Assembly (NCBI GenBank): GCA_011372345.1
Contig: DRTC01000258.1
Location: 1 to 24,691, forward strand
Direction: 5' to 3'
DNA length: 24,691 nucleotides
Origin: Candidatus Cloacimonadota bacterium
GTDB taxonomy: Bacteria > Cloacimonadota > Cloacimonadia > Cloacimonadales > TCS61
The position numbers were made by a program, and so were the translations under genes. The notes beneath the pieces were generated by a model. It made no database searches and was not told the DNA's origin. It saw nothing but the letters and a program-made list of their open reading frames with translations. This document shows positions 20,144-24,691 of this stretch, piece after piece; the stretch's first letter is position 1; the number at the start of each line of letters is the position of its first letter.

Positions 20144-20800
20144 TCATATTCCTGTCAAAATCTTCATGATAAACTGCAACGGTGGAAAAATAATACCTCC
20201 GATAATATTCAATTTGAAAATATAAGAGACCAGGATAATCATCATAAATATCATCATTCCTTTGCGTTCCTGTGCTGTATATTTGAAATACATTTCATCC
20301 GACAAAAAAGCACCGATAACTTTTGATCCATCCAGTGGTGGGAACGGAATTAGATTAAATAATCCCAGAAACAGATTGATCATGATCGTTGTATAGATCA
20401 ACCTCATAAAAAAAGCTGAAGCTTGACTTAAAGGAGCATACGGATCGTGATTGCTCATGATCAATCTTAATAATAATGAAAGAATGATAGCAATGATAAA
20501 GTTTGAAGCAGGTCCTGCTGCTGCTGTTAGAGCTGTATGTTTTTTATAATCCCTGAAATTATAAGGATTTATGGGAACTGGTTTCGCATATCCGAAAGCA
20601 AGCCCTCCTCGGGTTACGATCAACATCAATATCGGTAAGATTATTGTTCCGAACCTGTCGATATGGTTTATGGGATTGAAATTCAATCTGCCGGCTCGAT
20701 AAGCAGTATCATCTCCCAACAGAAAAGCAGCATACCCATGACTTACTTCATGGATGATGATGCTCATCAGGATGATTGGTATTAAAAAAATATATTCCAT
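20144..20800 (-). CDS. Site-2 protease family (M50) membrane metalloprotease
   Basis: HEVSH zinc motif, AAGP.SN and FNLIPFPPLDG. Start set at ATG 20800 with a GAGGAG RBS upstream. Confidence 0.92.
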   Translation of the reverse strand: MEYIFLIPIILMSIIIHEVSHGYAAFLLGDDTAYRAGRLNFNPINHIDRFGTIILPILMLIVTRGGLAFGYAKPVPINPYNFRDYKKHTALTAAAGPASNFIIAIILSLLLRLIMSNHDPYAPLSQASAFFMRLIYTTIMINLFLGLFNLIPFPPLDGSKVIGAFLSDEMYFKYTAQERKGMMIFMMIILVSYIFKLNIIGGIIFPPLQFIMKILTGI

Positions 20801-20820
20801 TTTTTCTTCTCTACTCCTCT

Positions 20821-20886
20821 TTCCCAAACCCCAGTTTGGGAACATGCAATCATTAATTCGACTCGTAAGCAAAGAAATGAGTCGAA
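20821..20886. repeat. Two REP-like hairpins shared with the atp-operon spacers
   Basis: TTCCCAAAC-CCCA-GTTTGGGAA (20821-20842; compare 12893-12913) and TTCGACTC...GAGTCGAA (20857-20886; compare 9393-9419). Confidence 0.7.
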
Positions 20887-21042
20887 ATAAAATACTGAAA
20901 TATGAAAGACTACTTTTTCGAGTTATTGTCCTTCGCCAGACTCTTATGAAATCACATTCTAGTTTCCTGCAAAATAAGGAGATAGGATTTTGATTAAAAT
21001 GGACAAGATCGGCATCTTGTTTTACGGATCAGGTTTCCTCTT

Positions 21043-21067
21043 AATAAAACTATCCGCTTGCGGATAG
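21043..21067 (-). terminator. Probable intrinsic terminator of tyrS
   Basis: On the minus strand, CTATCCGC-AA-GCGGATAG followed by TTTTATT, about 25 nt after the tyrS stop. Confidence 0.65.
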
Positions 21068-21091
21068 CAATAGGCTTGTCTGACGCTTTCA

Positions 21092-22294
21092 TTACGACTC
21101 GATTATTACTTTCAGGAATCTTCTTTTCCCGACTTTGATGATACAATCATCAGAAATTTCATAAAAAATATCAGTTACTTTTTTCCCATCGATACTGACG
21201 GCATTTTGTTTGATCATTCTGCGAGCTTCACTACCGGAAGCACAAGTTTTGGTTTTTACTAAAATATCGATGATCTTTTCCTTTTCATTTTGTAATTCAT
21301 ATCCCGGCATTTCATCAGGAATTTCCTTTTTGGCAAAAATTTGATTAAATTCTTTTTCTGCTTCTTTTGCTGCTTTTTCTCCATGATAAAGAGAAACAAC
21401 TTCCCTTGCCAGTCTCTGCTTGATAAATTTTGGATTTATTTCGCTGTTTTTCAATTGTTTTTCTATCTCTTCAATTTCCTCAGGAGCAATTTTTGTAGCA
21501 TAATTGAAATAATTAATGATTGACTCATCGGGAATGGACATCACTTTTCCGTATTTATCTTTAGGAGAATCAAAAACAGCAATGTAATTATTCAGACTTT
21601 TGCTCATTTTTTCTTTGCCGTCAATCCCTAATAAAATTGGAGATAAAAGAGCAATCTGCTGTTCCTGACCGAAATATCTCTGCATATCTCGTCCTGCCAG
21701 AATATTAAATTTCTGCTCTGTTGCTCCCAATTCAACATCGGCATTAACTGCTACGGAGTCATAAGCCTGTAAAATTGGATACATCATTTCGTGCATTCCC
21801 AGAGAGAGTCCCTGCTCATATCTGTTGCGGAAAGTGTCATGAGCCAAAAACCGAGCGAGTGTGAATTTTCCCATCAATTTCAGGACATCGGACATTCCCA
21901 TATTCCCAAACCATTCTGATTGCCAGCGGACTTCTGTTTTATTTTTATCCAGAACTTTATACAACTGATCCATATATTTTTCTGCATTTTTTCTGACCTG
22001 TTCTCCGGTTAATGGAGGTCGAGATTCATCTCTTCCGGTCGGATCTCCGATTTGAGCTGTGAAATCTCCGATAATGATTACTCCGAGATGTCCCAGATCC
22101 TGGAATTCTCTCATTTTCCGAATTGGCACAAGATGTCCGATATGGACATCATAACCAGTCGGATCAATTCCATATTTTATCCGCAAAGGTTTTCCCTTTT
22201 TTTCCGATCTTTCCAGTTTGGAGATCATTTCCGTTTCGGAAATCAATTCATCCACTCCTTTTTTGATTATTTTCAATTCTTTTTCGAATCTCAT
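21092..22294 (-). CDS. tyrS: Tyrosine--tRNA ligase
   Basis: GIDPT...HIGH, IGDFTA.IGDPTGR, YPILQAYD, KMSKS and a C-terminal S4 domain. ATG 22294 chosen because of the AAGGA RBS spacing. Confidence 0.98.
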   Translation of the reverse strand: MRFEKELKIIKKGVDELISETEMISKLERSEKKGKPLRIKYGIDPTGYDVHIGHLVPIRKMREFQDLGHLGVIIIGDFTAQIGDPTGRDESRPPLTGEQVRKNAEKYMDQLYKVLDKNKTEVRWQSEWFGNMGMSDVLKLMGKFTLARFLAHDTFRNRYEQGLSLGMHEMMYPILQAYDSVAVNADVELGATEQKFNILAGRDMQRYFGQEQQIALLSPILLGIDGKEKMSKSLNNYIAVFDSPKDKYGKVMSIPDESIINYFNYATKIAPEEIEEIEKQLKNSEINPKFIKQRLAREVVSLYHGEKAAKEAEKEFNQIFAKKEIPDEMPGYELQNEKEKIIDILVKTKTCASGSEARRMIKQNAVSIDGKKVTDIFYEISDDCIIKVGKRRFLKVIIES

Positions 22295-22633
22295 TAAATC
22301 TACCAATCCTTTTCAAAAATCAGTGTTCAAAACCTTTTTAGACCAGATTGTTGTCAAATTTTTTCGTCACTCTTTAAATTTGTCAGATTTTTGAAATTTA
22401 GTAAATTTTTACCTTCACAAAAAAATATTCATTAAATCTTAATTATATTGAATTTAAAGAATTATCCCTTAAAAATAAACACTGCTACTTTTCAAGTCAT
22501 TTCTATAATCTCATAAAAAACAAATAATTAGTGATTTGTCGTAGCTTTCTTTAAAACATAAAACTTAAATTTCCAGTCTTGACAAATATGATTTCCTTTT
22601 CAATTTGACATTGCTTTCAGCTGAAAAAAGCAA

Positions 22634-22756
22634 TTATTCACAATTAAGTGATTTTTTGTGGATAAGTCCTGTTTGTGCAAAAAATATTTTTTTTTAATTG
22701 ATAGCAAAATAAAAAGATATAGACTTATGTAGAATTTGTGGATAACTTGTGAATAG
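22634..22756. promoter_or_regulatory. DnaA box cluster upstream of dnaA
   Basis: TTATTCACA at 22634-22642; TGTGGATAA at 22657-22665 and 22737-22745; TGTGAATAG at 22748-22756. Confidence 0.85.
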
Positions 22757-22799
22757 ATTTAGAATTTAGGCTTAAATCTAATAAATCAATGGAGTTGGG

Positions 22800-24137
22800 A
22801 TGGAAGATTTTGATGGATTCTGGAATGGAATCCTAAACACTCTCAGAGAAAATATCAGCGAGCAGGGATTCAATACCTGGTTCAATGAAACAAAACTCAT
22901 TGATTTTGCTGATAATTTTCTTACTGTAAAAGTTCCAACTCAATTTATCGCAGATTATTTAAATAAAAATTACAGCGACCTGATCACAGAAATCACATTA
23001 AATTTATTCAACAAAAAATACCTGATAAATTTTACCAGTCTGCAAAATAAGAAGCAGACAGGTCGATTTGAAAATATAAGTCCTTCACCTTTAATCAGAG
23101 ACTATCAGACAAAATTGAATCCAAATTATAATTTCAATGAATTTGTGATCGGAAAAAACAACATGTTTGCTCATTCTGCTTCACTGGCAGTTGCAGAATC
23201 TCCGGGAAACACTTATAATCCGCTCTTTATTTATGGTGAATCCGGAATGGGAAAAACTCATCTAATGCAGGCTGTTGGAAATTTTGTGATAGATGAACTG
23301 GAAAATAAGAATATTTTTTATATTACTACCGAAGAATTTACTAACGAAATGATCGAAGCGATCAGGAACAACACTATGTCCGGATTCAGAAATAAATTCC
23401 GTAATTTTGACCTGCTTCTGATCGACGATGTTCATTTCCTTTCTAAAAAAGAAGGAACACAGGAGGAATTTTTTCACACTTTTAATGCTCTTTATGAAAA
23501 GAAAAAACAGATAGTTTTGACCAGCGATAGACCTCCAAAAGATATACCCGATCTGGAAAAAAGATTAGTTACAAGATTCGAGTGGGGTCTTCTTGCAGAT
23601 CTGAAAAGTCCCGATTTTGAGACCAGGGTTGCCATCTTGAAAAAAAAGGCAGAATTTGAAAATATCAATTTAAATCCCGATGTTATCAAATTTATAGCAG
23701 AACATATCTTCAGTAATGTTCGCGCATTAGAAGGTTCACTCATCAGAATTTTAGCGTATGCTTCCTACAATAATATTGATACGGAAAACATTACTGATGA
23801 AATTGCCAATGAAATACTGATAGACTTGATTTCTGACAAAATCAAAGATGTGAACCTGGAAACGATCATGCAGAAAGTTTGTGATTATTATAATATAACA
23901 CAATCGGAAATTTTTGATAAAACGAGAAAAAAAAATATATCTTTTCCTCGACAGATAGCAATGTATCTCTCCAACCTCCTGATCCCTCAATTATCTCTCA
24001 AGGAAATTGCTCAATATTATAAGCGAAAAGACCATACGACAGTTCTTCATGCAAAAAGAACGATCGAAGAACAATTTAAAAATGATAAAGACCTCAGGAT
24101 CCGCATTGAAATGCTTATCAAAGAAATAAAAAAATAA
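22800..24137 (+). CDS. dnaA: Chromosomal replication initiator DnaA
   Basis: YNPLFIYGESGMGKTHL, LLIDDVHFL, QEEFFHTFN, SNVRALEG and domain IV PRQIAMYL...KDHTTV. Confidence 0.99.
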   Translation: MEDFDGFWNGILNTLRENISEQGFNTWFNETKLIDFADNFLTVKVPTQFIADYLNKNYSDLITEITLNLFNKKYLINFTSLQNKKQTGRFENISPSPLIRDYQTKLNPNYNFNEFVIGKNNMFAHSASLAVAESPGNTYNPLFIYGESGMGKTHLMQAVGNFVIDELENKNIFYITTEEFTNEMIEAIRNNTMSGFRNKFRNFDLLLIDDVHFLSKKEGTQEEFFHTFNALYEKKKQIVLTSDRPPKDIPDLEKRLVTRFEWGLLADLKSPDFETRVAILKKKAEFENINLNPDVIKFIAEHIFSNVRALEGSLIRILAYASYNNIDTENITDEIANEILIDLISDKIKDVNLETIMQKVCDYYNITQSEIFDKTRKKNISFPRQIAMYLSNLLIPQLSLKEIAQYYKRKDHTTVLHAKRTIEEQFKNDKDLRIRIEMLIKEIKK

Positions 24138-24370
24138 TTATCCACATCTCCACAGAGAAAGATGTCAATAAAAGTTCATAAATCAATTTTTCCGTTTTTT
24201 AAAAAAAAATCTGTGTATAAAATGCAAATTAAAAAAAAGTTATTTACCATTTATCCACAAAAAAATAGCGATGATAATTTGCTGAAAATAAAAGAAATAA
24301 AATCAAAAAATCTTCATAATTCACAAATCCACACGACCTACTATAACTACTGATTTAATATATAATAAAA
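24138..24370. other. Replication origin oriC (unwinding part) with DnaA boxes, DnaA-trios and an AT-rich tract
   Basis: TTATCCACA at 24138-24146 and 24251-24259; tandem boxes TAATTCACA/AAATCCACA (24317-24333); then CGAC-CTA-CTA-TAA-CTA-CTG and an AT-rich run, as in the B. subtilis basal unwinding system. Confidence 0.88.
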
Positions 24371-24387
24371 AAGGAGATATAATTAAG

Positions 24388-24691
24388 ATGAAATATATAA
24401 AACATTTAAGCCCAATAATCTTTTTGCTGATCATCGCTTTTGGATGCACAAAAAAGGACAATCCAACAGGTTATCCCGGAAATGAATTCCAACCAAAAGA
24501 AATAGTTATTTCCGATACGAGTTTATTTGGAAATTTTTATAGTTATGAAGACAGTTGTCGGAATTTCAATAATAATCCAAAATTACTAATTGGAAATTAT
24601 AGGAATACACAAGCTATCAGCCTGTTGAAATTTACAAGTTTACCGGATACTGTTTCAGAAATTTCAAGTGATGTAACCTTAACTTTATACA
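24388..24691 (+). CDS. Lipoprotein of unknown function (possibly DUF4270-like), truncated by the window end
   Basis: RBS AAGGAG; open frame MKYIKHLSPIIFLLIIAFGCTKKDNPTG... to the window end, with lipobox AFGC. Not in the supplied ORF track because the stop codon lies outside the window. Confidence 0.8.
   Translation, partial: MKYIKHLSPIIFLLIIAFGCTKKDNPTGYPGNEFQPKEIVISDTSLFGNFYSYEDSCRNFNNNPKLLIGNYRNTQAISLLKFTSLPDTVSEISSDVTLTLY

Noticed and set aside
22307-22799. rpmH or a T-box leader upstream of dnaA/tyrS
   Set aside because: No L34-like ORF and no T-box consensus or terminator pair were recognisable.
24162-24353. 63-aa ORF after dnaA
   Set aside because: It runs through the DnaA boxes and trios of oriC, is low-complexity and Lys-rich, and has no RBS.

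Overview
This AT-rich window is the replication-origin region of a diderm bacterium. An FCB-group organism such as Cloacimonadota is plausible, but this is an inference from the Bacteroidota-like short sigma factor, LptE and gene content. From left to right: a leftward operon (acylphosphatase, LysM-M23 peptidase, HspR-like MerR regulator, sigma-70 factor) flanked by two copies of a palindrome-rich MITE-like element; then rsmG-parA-parB-M23 peptidase-bactofilin running into a complete F1Fo ATP synthase operon (atpZ-like, atpI, atpB, two atpE, atpF, atpH, atpA, atpG, atpD, atpC); then a DUF4015-like lipoprotein, a parS site, an HTH-PTS EIIA protein, LptE, glnA, a site-2 protease, tyrS, dnaA, an oriC with DnaA boxes and DnaA-trios, and a truncated lipoprotein gene where dnaN usually sits. 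The most striking feature is the rotor. A normal 83-aa Na+-type c subunit with a two-carboxylate site (E33/E66/S67/T68/Y71) is encoded next to a 250-aa subunit of three fused c hairpins, and only the third hairpin keeps the ion-carrying Glu (Q64, Q146, E233). This suggests a heteromeric c-ring more extreme than the Acetobacterium woodii c1/c2 hybrid. Intergenic regions, including those inside the atp operon, carry several families of REP/MITE-like palindromes. All calls were made by eye; no database searches were run.
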